From positions 2,816,001-2,880,000 of the forward strand of contig OY771587.1 of the NCBI GenBank assembly GCA_963674825.1: a stretch of 64,000 nucleotides of DNA, in the 5' to 3' direction. The position numbers were made by a program, and so were the translations under genes. The notes beneath the pieces are model-generated. The model was not told where the DNA came from. It did no database searches and saw only the letters and a list, made by a program, of their open reading frames with translations. Source of the stretch: Candidatus Cloacimonadales bacterium. Lineage in GTDB: Bacteria > Cloacimonadota > Cloacimonadia > Cloacimonadales > JAIOQZ01. This document shows, one piece after another, positions 19,596 to 29,638 of the stretch (positions are counted from its first letter, which is position 1; each line of letters opens with the position of its first letter).

Positions 19596-20686
19596 TTGAA
19601 AGAATACTCATTATAGCATTATTGTTGGCAGCCATCGGATTTCTGACCGCGGATGAACCCGCGGATTCGACGGCTGCCGACACCGATTTCCTCGTAGTAC
19701 CATTGGGGAGCTATTCGGGAGAAACCAGCGCTGTTTTGGGCGGTGTAGCCGTCTATACGCACAGACCGCATGATCTTCCCATGAATGTATCGCCAAACGC
19801 GCTCATGCTCAATTTGATGGTCAGCTTCAAAGGGCAATTCCAAGGAATTCTTGTTCCCGAATACCAGATATCCGGAGGCGCATACGCTATTACCGGATAC
19901 ATAAAATATCGCTACTGGCCGACGTCGTTTTACGGCCTCGGCAATAACTCGGACAAGGATGATCAGGAAGATTATGTCATTCGAGAAACCCATACCTATT
20001 TGCAACTTCGCAAGCGCTTTCGTGATGTCGTTTTGCTGGGTGGAGGCTGGGAATATATCTCCAATCGACTGAGCGACATGGAAGAAGGTGGATTGCTGGA
20101 AACGGGCTCTGTTCCCGGAAGCGAAGACCATGATCTTTCAGCTGCGAGGATGTCGATCGAATTCGACACGCGCGATAACACCTATTATCCTACCACCGGA
20201 TTGTTCTATGACATCAACATTCGCCTGTTCGACAAGAAGATTGGTAGCGATTACACTTTTGTGAAATACAAGGCAGATTTGGCCAATTACTTCCCGATTA
20301 CGAAGGGACAAACGCTTGCCTGGCATGGGATGGCGATCTACACTCAGCATGATGCACCGTATGAAGAAATGTCTCGGCTCGGTGGTGAGATGCGCGGTTT
20401 CGACAGCCAGCGTTACATCGATAATCATATGCTGATGTCACGTCTTGAGTATCGCGTATTCCCATTTACGAAACCGATTTGGGATCGCTTCGGCGCTGTG
20501 GGGTTTGCAGAGTATGGACAGGTTGCCAACGAGGTTTCCGATTTCAGATGGGATGAGACGCACTATACATACGGCATGGGCCTGCGATATCGCTTCAATG
20601 AGAAGGAACGATTCAATTTCCGGCTCGATGTTGGTTTTGCCGGTGATGAGTACGATATTGTCTTTACCGCACGTGAGGCCTTCTGA
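19592..20686 (+). CDS. Omp85/BamA-TamA family beta-barrel lacking POTRA domains
   Basis: Signal peptide, DTRDN..PTTG, MRGF..RY lid motif, YGMGLRY and C-terminal EAF. Confidence 0.75.
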   Translation: MIERILIIALLLAAIGFLTADEPADSTAADTDFLVVPLGSYSGETSAVLGGVAVYTHRPHDLPMNVSPNALMLNLMVSFKGQFQGILVPEYQISGGAYAITGYIKYRYWPTSFYGLGNNSDKDDQEDYVIRETHTYLQLRKRFRDVVLLGGGWEYISNRLSDMEEGGLLETGSVPGSEDHDLSAARMSIEFDTRDNTYYPTTGLFYDINIRLFDKKIGSDYTFVKYKADLANYFPITKGQTLAWHGMAIYTQHDAPYEEMSRLGGEMRGFDSQRYIDNHMLMSRLEYRVFPFTKPIWDRFGAVGFAEYGQVANEVSDFRWDETHYTYGMGLRYRFNEKERFNFRLDVGFAGDEYDIVFTAREAF

Positions 20687-21988
20687 TTGATGCTGACAGT
20701 TGCTATTTCCACCTTGGGTTGCAAGGTTAATCAATACGAATCAGCGTGCATTCTCGAACCGTTTCTGGCCGCTGGCTGGAAGCAAGTGCCATTCAACGGA
20801 TATGCTGATGTCTATATCGTCAATTCCTGTACCGTGACCAACCGTGCCGATTTCAAGAGCCGTAACGCTGTGCGCAGAGCGCTGAAGAATCCCGATGCGA
20901 AGGTTGTCCTCACGGGTTGCTATGTCATGCGTCATCCCGAGGTTTTTCGCGACGAGAACGTGCTCGTGGTCGATAACGCTACCAAGCACCGAATCTTTGA
21001 ACTCCTGGGCCAACTTGACGTTCCAATGCACCTGTTGGATGGAAGCGAAGAATATGTGGAGACCTTTACTACGCAGATGTCCGAGCGAACCCGTGCGTTC
21101 GTGAAGATACAGGATGGTTGTAGCTTTCGGTGCGCCTATTGCGCGGTGCCGGACGCAAGAGGCAAGCCTCGCAGTCGCGATCCAGAGAATGTGAAGAAGC
21201 AAATTATAGCACTCACAGAGAATGGCTTCAGGGAATTCGTGCTGGGTGGTATCAACATGGGGCTTTACGGTATCGACAACGGCTATTCATTTGTGCGTCT
21301 ACTGAGGGAACTCGATGAGATTCCGCAGGTGGAGCGAATTCGACTTAGCTCAATCGAACCACAGCTTTTCACCAATGAACTTCTGGATGCCTTCGGTAGC
21401 ATGAAGATGCTCGCACCACATTTTCACATCCCACTGCAATCAGGCTCGGATGATGTTCTCAAGCGGATGGGACGGCACTATGACACAGCTGAATTCCGCA
21501 TGCTGATCGAGCGTCTGCAACAGATATTCGAACAGCCGGCTCTTGGATTCGACGTGATTGCTGGATTCCCGGGCGAAACTGACGGACATCATCAGGAGAC
21601 AATCGCTTTCCTGGAATCGCTTCCGTTAACCTATCTGCACGTGTTCGGCTACTCCAAACGAAGCGGAACGCCTGCCTCGACGATGAAGAATCAGGTCCAC
21701 GGCGACACGATCAAGCAGCGTTGCAGTGAATTGGAAGCACTCTCGGCGCGGAAAAAAGAAGAATATATAGAGCAGCTGATTACGAATCAACGACAGCTCT
21801 CCGCCATCGCCGAGAAGAGTGACTCGGGATGGGCGGAAGGAATGTCGGACCGATTTGTACGTGTTTATCAGAAACAGGATGTATCAGAGTTCGTTAATGA
21901 AGGCAAGATATTTTCTGGAGTATCAAAGAAGAAACATTTTGACGGAATTGAATTGCATAGAGTTAATAGATTTGGAGGATTCGAATGA
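20687..21988 (+). CDS. mtaB: tRNA t6A37 methylthiotransferase
   Basis: TLGCKVNQYES, NSCTVT, KIQDGCSFRCAYC, RIRLSSIEP, HIPLQSG and HVFGYSKR.GT motifs. Confidence 0.92.
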   Translation: MMLTVAISTLGCKVNQYESACILEPFLAAGWKQVPFNGYADVYIVNSCTVTNRADFKSRNAVRRALKNPDAKVVLTGCYVMRHPEVFRDENVLVVDNATKHRIFELLGQLDVPMHLLDGSEEYVETFTTQMSERTRAFVKIQDGCSFRCAYCAVPDARGKPRSRDPENVKKQIIALTENGFREFVLGGINMGLYGIDNGYSFVRLLRELDEIPQVERIRLSSIEPQLFTNELLDAFGSMKMLAPHFHIPLQSGSDDVLKRMGRHYDTAEFRMLIERLQQIFEQPALGFDVIAGFPGETDGHHQETIAFLESLPLTYLHVFGYSKRSGTPASTMKNQVHGDTIKQRCSELEALSARKKEEYIEQLITNQRQLSAIAEKSDSGWAEGMSDRFVRVYQKQDVSEFVNEGKIFSGVSKKKHFDGIELHRVNRFGGFE

Positions 21989-24057
21989 AATCGATCGTGA
22001 TCGCCGAAAAACCCAGCGTGGGTCGTGAGCTTGCCCGAGTGCTGAAGTGCAATGCCAAACATCAGGGCTATTTTGAGGGCGCTGACATGATTGTAACCTG
22101 GGCCCTGGGGCATCTGGTTACGCTTGCCGAACCGGGCGATTACGATAAGAAATTCAAGCACTGGAGCTTGGCCGATCTCCCGATCATGCCCGATAAGATG
22201 AAACTCAAAGTGATTCCAAACTCGCGTAAGCAATTCAACACGGTTCGCAGCCTTCTCAAACGAAACGATATCTCGGAAGTGATCATCGCGACCGACGCAG
22301 GACGCGAGGGTGAGCTTGTGGCGCGCTGGATTCTTGTGCTGTCTGGCTGGAAGAAGTCGATCAAACGGCTCTGGATTTCGTCGCAGACGGATACTGCGAT
22401 TCGCGAAGGTTTTGCGAAATTGAAGCCTGGCAGGGAATACGACAATCTCTATCATGCGGCGCAGTGCCGTGCGGAAGCCGACTGGCTGGTGGGACTCAAC
22501 GTGACACGCGCACTGACCTGCAAGTTCGATGCCCAACTCTCCGCGGGACGCGTGCAGTCGCCTACGCTGGCGATGATGATCGACCGCGAGAAGGAGATAC
22601 AGAACTTCACGCCGGAGCCATTCTGGACGGTTTTAGCTGATTTCTCCGGTTTCACGGGTTCGTGGCGCAACAATAAGAACAACGAACGGATCTTCGATCA
22701 CGAATTTGCCCAGAAACTGGTGACCAAGGTCAGCGGAAAACCGGGAAAGATCGTCGATGTCGAATCGAAAAAGAAGAGTACGCAGCCACCGCTGCTGTTC
22801 GACCTCACCGAGCTCCAACGCGCGGCCAACAACCGCTTCGGTTTCACCGCGAAGCATACGCTTTCCATCGTGCAGAGCCTCTACGAACGGCACAAGGTGG
22901 TAACTTATCCTCGCACCGATTCGCGCTACCTGACTTCGGACATGGTTTCAACGCTGAAAGATCGCCTCAAAGCCGTACAAACCGGTAGCTGGGCTACTTT
23001 CGCGGCGAATTTGCTGCAAAATGAACTTCATGTCACCAAACGGATCGTTAATGACGCCAAGGTCAGCGATCACCACGCGCTTATCCCCACCGAACAGCGC
23101 GCCAGCCAGAGTCAGCTTTCCACGGATGAAAAACGCATATACGATCTGATTGCGCGTAGATTCCTTGCAGCACTCTATGGCGACTATAAATACCAGGTGA
23201 CCAGTATCGAGCTGGAGATTGAAGGCGAGCGCTTCATTGCACGCGGGAAATCGACGCTGGATAATGGCTGGAAAGTGGTGGAAGGCAAGGGCGACGAGGA
23301 ATCGGAAGACGACGCGTTACCGGCATTTTCAGGTTGCGACCTGAAGAAAGGCGACCCTGTGAAGGCAGATCAGGTGCGCCTGGTTCGCCACAGCACCAAA
23401 CCACCGTCTCGCTATACGGAAGCGACACTCCTTTCCGCGATGGAAAACGCGGGAAGGTTTATAGAAGATAAGGAATTGAAAGAATCCATCGCGCAGGGAG
23501 GGCTGGGGACACCGGCAACTCGCGCGGAAATTATTGAGAAATTAGTCTCTACCTTTTATATTGAACGTCAGGGAAAATCACTGGTTCCAACGCCGAAAGG
23601 ATTTCAGCTAATCGAGCTGGTTCCGGACGAGCTCAAGTCTCCCGAGTTGACGGCGCAATGGGAAATGCGCCTGAATCGCATTGCAAAAGGCGAGGAGAAG
23701 GCCGCTGCATTTATTGGAGATATCAGGGAGAACGCGATCAGATTAACAAGGGACGTTAAATCAAGTTCTGCTGAGTACAAACCCGATAACCTCACAAATC
23801 ATAAATGTCCACTTTGTGGAAAACCGCTAATGAAGGTTCAAGGAAAAAAAGGTGGACAACTTGCCTGCTCTGATGGAAGATGCGGCTATCGATCCGACAG
23901 TGGCGATCCCAAAGCACTTCGATCGGGAAGACGCTCCAAAAAAGAAATGATCATGAACCAGAAAATGATACGTATGTACAGCGACAACAAACAATCAAGT
24001 GATTTTGGAGAAACCCTGGGAGATATTTTAGAAAAAGCGATTAAGAAGAAGAATTAA
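21985..24057 (+). CDS. topB: DNA topoisomerase III
   Basis: IAEKPS, ATDAGREGEL, SAGRVQSPTL, catalytic YPRTD, DHHALIPT, GLGTPATRA and C-terminal zinc finger. Confidence 0.93.
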   Translation: MKSIVIAEKPSVGRELARVLKCNAKHQGYFEGADMIVTWALGHLVTLAEPGDYDKKFKHWSLADLPIMPDKMKLKVIPNSRKQFNTVRSLLKRNDISEVIIATDAGREGELVARWILVLSGWKKSIKRLWISSQTDTAIREGFAKLKPGREYDNLYHAAQCRAEADWLVGLNVTRALTCKFDAQLSAGRVQSPTLAMMIDREKEIQNFTPEPFWTVLADFSGFTGSWRNNKNNERIFDHEFAQKLVTKVSGKPGKIVDVESKKKSTQPPLLFDLTELQRAANNRFGFTAKHTLSIVQSLYERHKVVTYPRTDSRYLTSDMVSTLKDRLKAVQTGSWATFAANLLQNELHVTKRIVNDAKVSDHHALIPTEQRASQSQLSTDEKRIYDLIARRFLAALYGDYKYQVTSIELEIEGERFIARGKSTLDNGWKVVEGKGDEESEDDALPAFSGCDLKKGDPVKADQVRLVRHSTKPPSRYTEATLLSAMENAGRFIEDKELKESIAQGGLGTPATRAEIIEKLVSTFYIERQGKSLVPTPKGFQLIELVPDELKSPELTAQWEMRLNRIAKGEEKAAAFIGDIRENAIRLTRDVKSSSAEYKPDNLTNHKCPLCGKPLMKVQGKKGGQLACSDGRCGYRSDSGDPKALRSGRRSKKEMIMNQKMIRMYSDNKQSSDFGETLGDILEKAIKKKN

Positions 24058-24154
24058 CCCCTATCCGAATCAACGGGTTGGGTCAACAATACCGGGCAGA
24101 CTTGGCATGAGTTAGAGTGGTGTCTTCTCGATGCTTGTTTGTTCAGGAGGTTCT

Positions 24155-25135
24155 ATGAAGCCGGGAATCTTAATTACGCGCAGGTTGCCAGAACCTGTGA
24201 TGGAAAAACTTTCTGAAAAATTCGATGTGTCGGTAAATCCTTACGATCGAACAATGACGCACCAGGAACTACTGGAAGGTATTCGATCATGCGAAGTGTT
24301 GCTCAGCATGCTATCGGATAAGATCGATCGCGAAGTGATCGATGCTGGAGCGAAACTCAAGGGCATCGTGAATTACGCGGTCGGTTACAACAACATCGAC
24401 ATTCCATATGCAACGCAGAAGGGAATACCTGTAACCAATACACCGGATGTCCTCACCGCTGCGACAGCTGATCTTGCCTGGGCGTTGCTTTTCTCGACAG
24501 CGAGAAGAGTGGTTGAAGCGGATCGAGATACGCGCGAAGGAAAGTTCAAGGGATGGGAACCAACGTCCTATCTTGGTGCTGACATCACCGGCAAGACGCT
24601 TGGTGTAGTCGGTACCGGAAGGATTGGGACAGCGATGGCGAGACGGAGCAAGGGATTTGAGATGAAGCTCCTCTATTGCAGCAATTCCCCAAACATGGAG
24701 CTTGAAATGAACCTGAATGCCAAGTTCTGTTCACTCGATCTGCTCCTGAAATATTCCGACTTTGTCAGCATCCATGTTCCGCTTATACCGCAGACACATC
24801 ACATGATTGGCGAGGAAGAACTGAACCTGATGAAACCGAACGCGATTCTCATCAATACGTCCCGCGGACCGGTCGTTGATGAAAAAGCGCTTTACAATGC
24901 TTTGAAGAGTGGGAAAATTGCCAGCGCGGGTCTGGATGTTTACGAACAGGAACCAGAACTCTATTCCGGACTCGAAAAACTGGATAATGTGGTCGTTCTT
25001 CCGCACATCGGAAGCGCGACGGTTGATACGAGAACAAATATGGGCTTGATGTGCGCCGAAAATGCCCGTGTGATAATCGAGGGCAGCGTTCCGCCTCAGG
25101 TCGTTAATCCGGAGTACACAGAAAACGTTTCATGA
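24155..25135 (+). CDS. D-glycerate dehydrogenase/glyoxylate reductase (D-2-hydroxyacid dehydrogenase family)
   Basis: AVGYNNID, NTPDVLT, GTGRIG, NTSRG, GLDVYEQEP and PHIGSAT motifs; start moved to ATG 24155 after GGAGG. Confidence 0.9.
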   Translation: MKPGILITRRLPEPVMEKLSEKFDVSVNPYDRTMTHQELLEGIRSCEVLLSMLSDKIDREVIDAGAKLKGIVNYAVGYNNIDIPYATQKGIPVTNTPDVLTAATADLAWALLFSTARRVVEADRDTREGKFKGWEPTSYLGADITGKTLGVVGTGRIGTAMARRSKGFEMKLLYCSNSPNMELEMNLNAKFCSLDLLLKYSDFVSIHVPLIPQTHHMIGEEELNLMKPNAILINTSRGPVVDEKALYNALKSGKIASAGLDVYEQEPELYSGLEKLDNVVVLPHIGSATVDTRTNMGLMCAENARVIIEGSVPPQVVNPEYTENVS

Positions 25136-25938
25136 AAGCACTATTTTCATTGCCCCCGAAGGCTTTGATCGGTATGGTTCATGTACCGGCATTGCCCGGT
25201 ACGCCATCTTATATTCTCCAGCCGAATGAGATCATCGAAATAGCCGTCAACGAAGCGATGATGATCGAAGACGCCGGCTTCGATGCCATCATGCTGGAGA
25301 ACATGCACGATATCCCCTATATGAATCGCGAGATCGGCCCCGAAATATCCGCGATGATGACTGCAATAGCCTGTGAGATCAAGCGAAAGACCTCTTTGCC
25401 CGTCGGTATCCAGATTCTGGCCGGTGCCGGGAAGGAATCGCTGGCCGTGGCCCAGGCTGCCGGACTCGACTTCATTCGCGTGGAGGGATTCGTCTTTTCG
25501 CATGTAGCGGATGAGGGATTGATGAATAGCTGCGCGGGTGAACTCCTACGCTATCGTAAGATGATCGGGGCGGATGATATCAAAGTTTACGCAGACATCA
25601 AGAAAAAGCACTCTTCGCATGCAATTACGGCGGATATCGATATCGCGGAGACAGCGAAAGCTGTGCAGTTTTTCCTGGCAGACGGGGTCATTGTCACCGG
25701 AAGTTCAACCGGGACAACGGCCAGCAGAGATGAGCTCAAGGCGGTGAAAGGTGCCGTTGACATCCCGATTCTGATCGGTTCGGGTATCACTGCAGACAAC
25801 CTGAAAGATTATTGGGAGCTTGCCGATGCTTTTATTATCGGATCCTGGCTTAAGCAGGACGGTTTCTGGAAAAATTCAATCAGTGAAGAACGGCTGCGCC
25901 GGATGCGCGACGCGGCAAATAGTATGATAGAGGGGTAA
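25132..25938 (+). CDS. BtpA/SgcQ family TIM-barrel protein
   Basis: IGMVH..ALPGTP, ENMHDIPY, ADIKKKHSSH, ADGVIVTG and IGSG motifs. Confidence 0.9.
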   Translation: MKALFSLPPKALIGMVHVPALPGTPSYILQPNEIIEIAVNEAMMIEDAGFDAIMLENMHDIPYMNREIGPEISAMMTAIACEIKRKTSLPVGIQILAGAGKESLAVAQAAGLDFIRVEGFVFSHVADEGLMNSCAGELLRYRKMIGADDIKVYADIKKKHSSHAITADIDIAETAKAVQFFLADGVIVTGSSTGTTASRDELKAVKGAVDIPILIGSGITADNLKDYWELADAFIIGSWLKQDGFWKNSISEERLRRMRDAANSMIEG

Positions 25939-25941
25939 TCC

Positions 25942-27606
25942 ATGAGATTTCTGACTATAATCGTGATCCTGACAATAGTACTCGGGGCTTGTTCGAGCAC
26001 ACCGAAGCCAGCAGTTGAAGAACCGGATACGTTGAATGTTGTGGAGACGTATTATGAATCGGTTGACGGCCTTACGGGTGATGCACTCAAGGCTGAGCTG
26101 CATCATCTGATCCGAAACCACAAGATGTATCCGTATTTCAGCGATGATATCGGTGTTGGGGAGATGATGATGGATGTAGATCAGGATCCCGCTGACCCGC
26201 GGAATATAATTCTTTTCTACACGGGTAGATCGCAGAATAAAGATTACGCCGATCACGGTAATGATTTTGATTATATGGCAGAATATGGTATATCGCAGGA
26301 CGATTCCTGGAATCGCGAGCATATATGGGCAAAGAGCCACGGTTTCCCTGCAATGAGCGATACCGCTTACACAGATATCCATCACCTGCGACCTGTCGAT
26401 CGCTCCACCAACGGTGCGAAAGGCGCGAAGGACTTTGATTGGGGCGGTTATCCGCACGAAGGAGCGAAGGGATCATACACAGATTTTGACTCGTGGGAAC
26501 CGCGCGATGCGATCAAGGGCGATGTCGCGAGAATGATATTTTACATGGCTGTGCGCTACGAAGGCGGCAAGAATAGCCCCGACCTGGAAATCTTGGAAGA
26601 GACAGGAACTTCGGGGCCTCACTATGGCCGGCTTTCTTCGCTTCTGGAATGGAACGAGCTCGATCCGGTGGATGATCGGGAACGCGCGCGCAACAATGCG
26701 ATTTACGAGCGCTATCAGGGCAATCGCAATCCGTTTATCGACCACCCGGAATATGCGGAGATGATCTGGGGTGAGCCGTCCTCCGAACCGCGTATTATGC
26801 CAGCTGAACCTTGGCTGAGATTTGGCGATGTAGCGATTGACAGTTCTTACACAGAGGTTCTGTACGTAATAAGCGGCAGAAACCTGGCAAAACCAATCGT
26901 CGTCACGGTACCGGACGGATTTCTGCTTTCTCCGATGACCGATCAACCGTACGCTTCCAAGATTACCATGTACCCGGTCGAGGGTGGACTGAACCGCGCG
27001 CTATATTTGCGTTTCATGCCGAGAGAAGAGAGAGTGTACGACGATTCCTTAAAGATCATGTATGGTGAGGAGACGCTTTCGACGCTACCGATCTTCGGTC
27101 GCGGTATCGATCCCCAAACGGATGTGATTCTGGAAGAAGGATTCGAGGATCGCAATCACGGGTGGACCCGTGAGAGCCGAGCCAGTCGCAATAACTGGAA
27201 TCACTCCAGTTACGATGAACGCAATTTTATCAAGATCAGCGGCTACAAGGCCGATGAGCCAAGCGATGACTGGCTCATCTCACCGCCGCTTCAGCTTGAC
27301 CAGTATAAAAACGTAATTCTGCAATTCGAGACAGCGAAGAACCATTCCGATATAATCGATGGCCTGGAAGTGATGGTCAGCGACCAGTATCTGCCTGGTG
27401 AGGATCCCGAGTCGGTGGAATGGTATCACATCCCGGCAAAGCTCTCTGAAGGTAGTTACAAGTGGGTGCATTCAGGATACCTCAATCTCGATAAATACCG
27501 TGGTAAAAACATCTATATCGCATTCCGTTATCGTTGTTCTTCAACAACCAAGGCCACATCGTGGGAACTTGATGACATTCGTGTGACGGGAGTACCGCTC
27601 AAATGA
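25942..27606 (+). CDS. Lipoprotein endonuclease I (EndA/Bsn-like) with Ig-like and C-terminal jelly-roll domains
   Basis: Lipobox LGAC; WNREHIWAKSHG, DIHHLRP, KGDVARMIFYMAVRY and QGNRNPFIDHPE; C-terminal DWLISP..YIAFRY..WELDDI. Confidence 0.85.
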   Translation: MRFLTIIVILTIVLGACSSTPKPAVEEPDTLNVVETYYESVDGLTGDALKAELHHLIRNHKMYPYFSDDIGVGEMMMDVDQDPADPRNIILFYTGRSQNKDYADHGNDFDYMAEYGISQDDSWNREHIWAKSHGFPAMSDTAYTDIHHLRPVDRSTNGAKGAKDFDWGGYPHEGAKGSYTDFDSWEPRDAIKGDVARMIFYMAVRYEGGKNSPDLEILEETGTSGPHYGRLSSLLEWNELDPVDDRERARNNAIYERYQGNRNPFIDHPEYAEMIWGEPSSEPRIMPAEPWLRFGDVAIDSSYTEVLYVISGRNLAKPIVVTVPDGFLLSPMTDQPYASKITMYPVEGGLNRALYLRFMPREERVYDDSLKIMYGEETLSTLPIFGRGIDPQTDVILEEGFEDRNHGWTRESRASRNNWNHSSYDERNFIKISGYKADEPSDDWLISPPLQLDQYKNVILQFETAKNHSDIIDGLEVMVSDQYLPGEDPESVEWYHIPAKLSEGSYKWVHSGYLNLDKYRGKNIYIAFRYRCSSTTKATSWELDDIRVTGVPLK

Positions 27607-28334
27607 TCGAAGTGCGGGACCTTACCATTGGTTTCGGAGATACACCGGTTCTGGACGGGATATCTCTCGCTATCAAAGAGAGTGAAACAACAGTGATCGT
27701 CGGTGCCAGCGGAAGCGGCAAGACGGTCCTGATGAAAACGATCGAAGGGCTCTTCCATCCATGGAAGGGTGAAATCCTTATTGACGACGAGAATTTCTTC
27801 AACCTAGATCGAAGAGGCAAGAAACGGGTGCGACAAAAGCTCTCCATGCTGTTTCAGGGTGCCGCGCTGCTCGATTCTATGAACGTGTTCCAGAATATCG
27901 CGTTGCCGCTTGTGGAGCACAGTAAGCTCTCCCACGAAGAGATCGAACAGAAAGTTCACGAAAAACTGACGCTGGTTGGGCTTGCGGATATCGATTCGAG
28001 AATGCCGGCTGAGCTCAGCGGCGGAATGAAAAAACGTGTCGGATTGGCCCGTGCGATCATTCGCGAACCGAAATACATCATATACGACGAGCCTACAACG
28101 GGACTCGATCCCATTATTGCCACTGAAATTGTCGCGCTTATCAAGAAGTTGCGGCAGACTCTCAACATTACCTCCATTGTAATCACGCACGATCTCTATT
28201 GCATCGATCAGGTAGCTGAACGGGTGGTTATGCTGCACGAAGGGCATATCGTGTTCGATGGGACGTACGAACAGTTCAAGAGCTCAAAGGTGCCGGAAGT
28301 GGTGCGGTTTCTCACTATCCAGTTGGAGAATTAA
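27603..28334 (+). CDS. ABC transporter ATP-binding protein, MlaF/Mkl-like
   Basis: GASGSGKT, LFQGAALLDSMNVFQNI, ELSGGMKKRVGLARA and YDEPTTGLDP motifs. Confidence 0.88.
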   Translation: MIEVRDLTIGFGDTPVLDGISLAIKESETTVIVGASGSGKTVLMKTIEGLFHPWKGEILIDDENFFNLDRRGKKRVRQKLSMLFQGAALLDSMNVFQNIALPLVEHSKLSHEEIEQKVHEKLTLVGLADIDSRMPAELSGGMKKRVGLARAIIREPKYIIYDEPTTGLDPIIATEIVALIKKLRQTLNITSIVITHDLYCIDQVAERVVMLHEGHIVFDGTYEQFKSSKVPEVVRFLTIQLEN

Positions 28335-29044
28335 TGCACATTGGCAAGGCGGATCGTGTAGTGGTACTCACCGGATCCGGCATCAGCGCTGAATCAGGCA
28401 TCATGACATTTCGCGATCGCGGTGGACTCTGGGAACAACATCGCTTTGAAGATGTCGCGACACCAGAGGCATTCCGGCGCGATCCGGAGATGGTCTGGCG
28501 ATTCTACAAGTACCGTTTCGAGAATGCTACTCGAAGTAATCCCAATCCTGCGCACTACGCGTTGCAGCGACTGGAAGAACATCTTGGTGAGAATTTTCAT
28601 CTCATTACACAGAACGTCGATGGACTGCATCAGAAAGCAGGGAATGAAAACGTGCTGGAGATGCATGGTTCGCTGCATAGAGCGTTTTGTAGTCGGTGCC
28701 GAAAACCGAGACCAACCTCTGAACTCGATTTTACCGATCCGGTTCCCAAATGCATGCATTGTGGTGGTGCGATGCGACCTGATATCGTGTGGTTTGGCGA
28801 GATGCCCTATCGGATGGCAGAGATTGACGAGATTCTGTCGTCGAGTAAGTGCTTGATTGTAGTCGGTACAAGCGGTGTGGTCTATCCTGCAGCGCAGTTT
28901 CTTATGCTTGCGAAGCGATATGGAATGTGTACGATCGGGATAAATCTTGAGCGTCCGCAGAATGTCGAATTCATCGACGAGTTTCATCAGGGTAAGGCAG
29001 GTGAGGTGTTGCCGAAGCTTGTTGAGGAGTGGATAGGAGGTTAA
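28334..29044 (+). CDS. cobB: NAD-dependent protein deacylase (sirtuin)
   Basis: GSGISAESGI.TFR, TQNVDGLH, HGS, CxxC..CxxC, RPDIVWFGE and GTSGVVYPAA motifs. Confidence 0.93.
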   Translation: MHIGKADRVVVLTGSGISAESGIMTFRDRGGLWEQHRFEDVATPEAFRRDPEMVWRFYKYRFENATRSNPNPAHYALQRLEEHLGENFHLITQNVDGLHQKAGNENVLEMHGSLHRAFCSRCRKPRPTSELDFTDPVPKCMHCGGAMRPDIVWFGEMPYRMAEIDEILSSSKCLIVVGTSGVVYPAAQFLMLAKRYGMCTIGINLERPQNVEFIDEFHQGKAGEVLPKLVEEWIGG

Positions 29045-29292
29045 GTCGTGGCGTGCTTCGATATGCTCCTACTTCGCGCTAAGTTTGACAGAACATTCCC
29101 GGTGACGCGGAGTGATTGTTCAGTGCCGATGATCGTTTACCGCACGCATCTTCGCTCGATCCCGCCCTCCGCCGTGAATGAACACGATTTCATCGTGTAA
29201 CACCACGGCTGCGGTTGGATCAAACGAATCTGCTGTGCGTGGCTGAGTCTTGCAAAGAGAAACCAATATTCGGAAGTCGGTATCAATAGACT

Positions 29293-29628
29293 TTAGAACG
29301 ATATCAGTTCATTCTTCAGGTATTTATCGAGGGCTTCCTGGACGGTGATATCGTCCTTGTTGAGGAAGACGTTGATGCCGGCGGTCTGGAGTCCGCGAGC
29401 CGCGTTGCCGCCAGGACCATTGCCGGTGATTACTATTTTCACGCCTGCGTCGGCGAGTGTTTGCACTGCGAGAGGACCTGCGCCATGTGCTGCCTCAGCA
29501 GCTTCGTTCGAGATTGATGACCATTCTTTGGTGTCCTGATCGTAGATTACAAAAAACTTCGCTCTACCGAATCTGGCGTCCATTTTTGCGTTCGAATTCC
29601 CCTCAAGGGCTGTGATTGCGATTTTCAT
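29293..29628 (-). CDS. NifB/NifX family FeMo-cofactor-binding domain protein
   Basis: MKIAI..RFGRAKFF..HGAG motif. Confidence 0.85.
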   Translation of the reverse strand: MKIAITALEGNSNAKMDARFGRAKFFVIYDQDTKEWSSISNEAAEAAHGAGPLAVQTLADAGVKIVITGNGPGGNAARGLQTAGINVFLNKDDITVQEALDKYLKNELISF

Positions 29629-29638
29629 GTTGTCTCCT

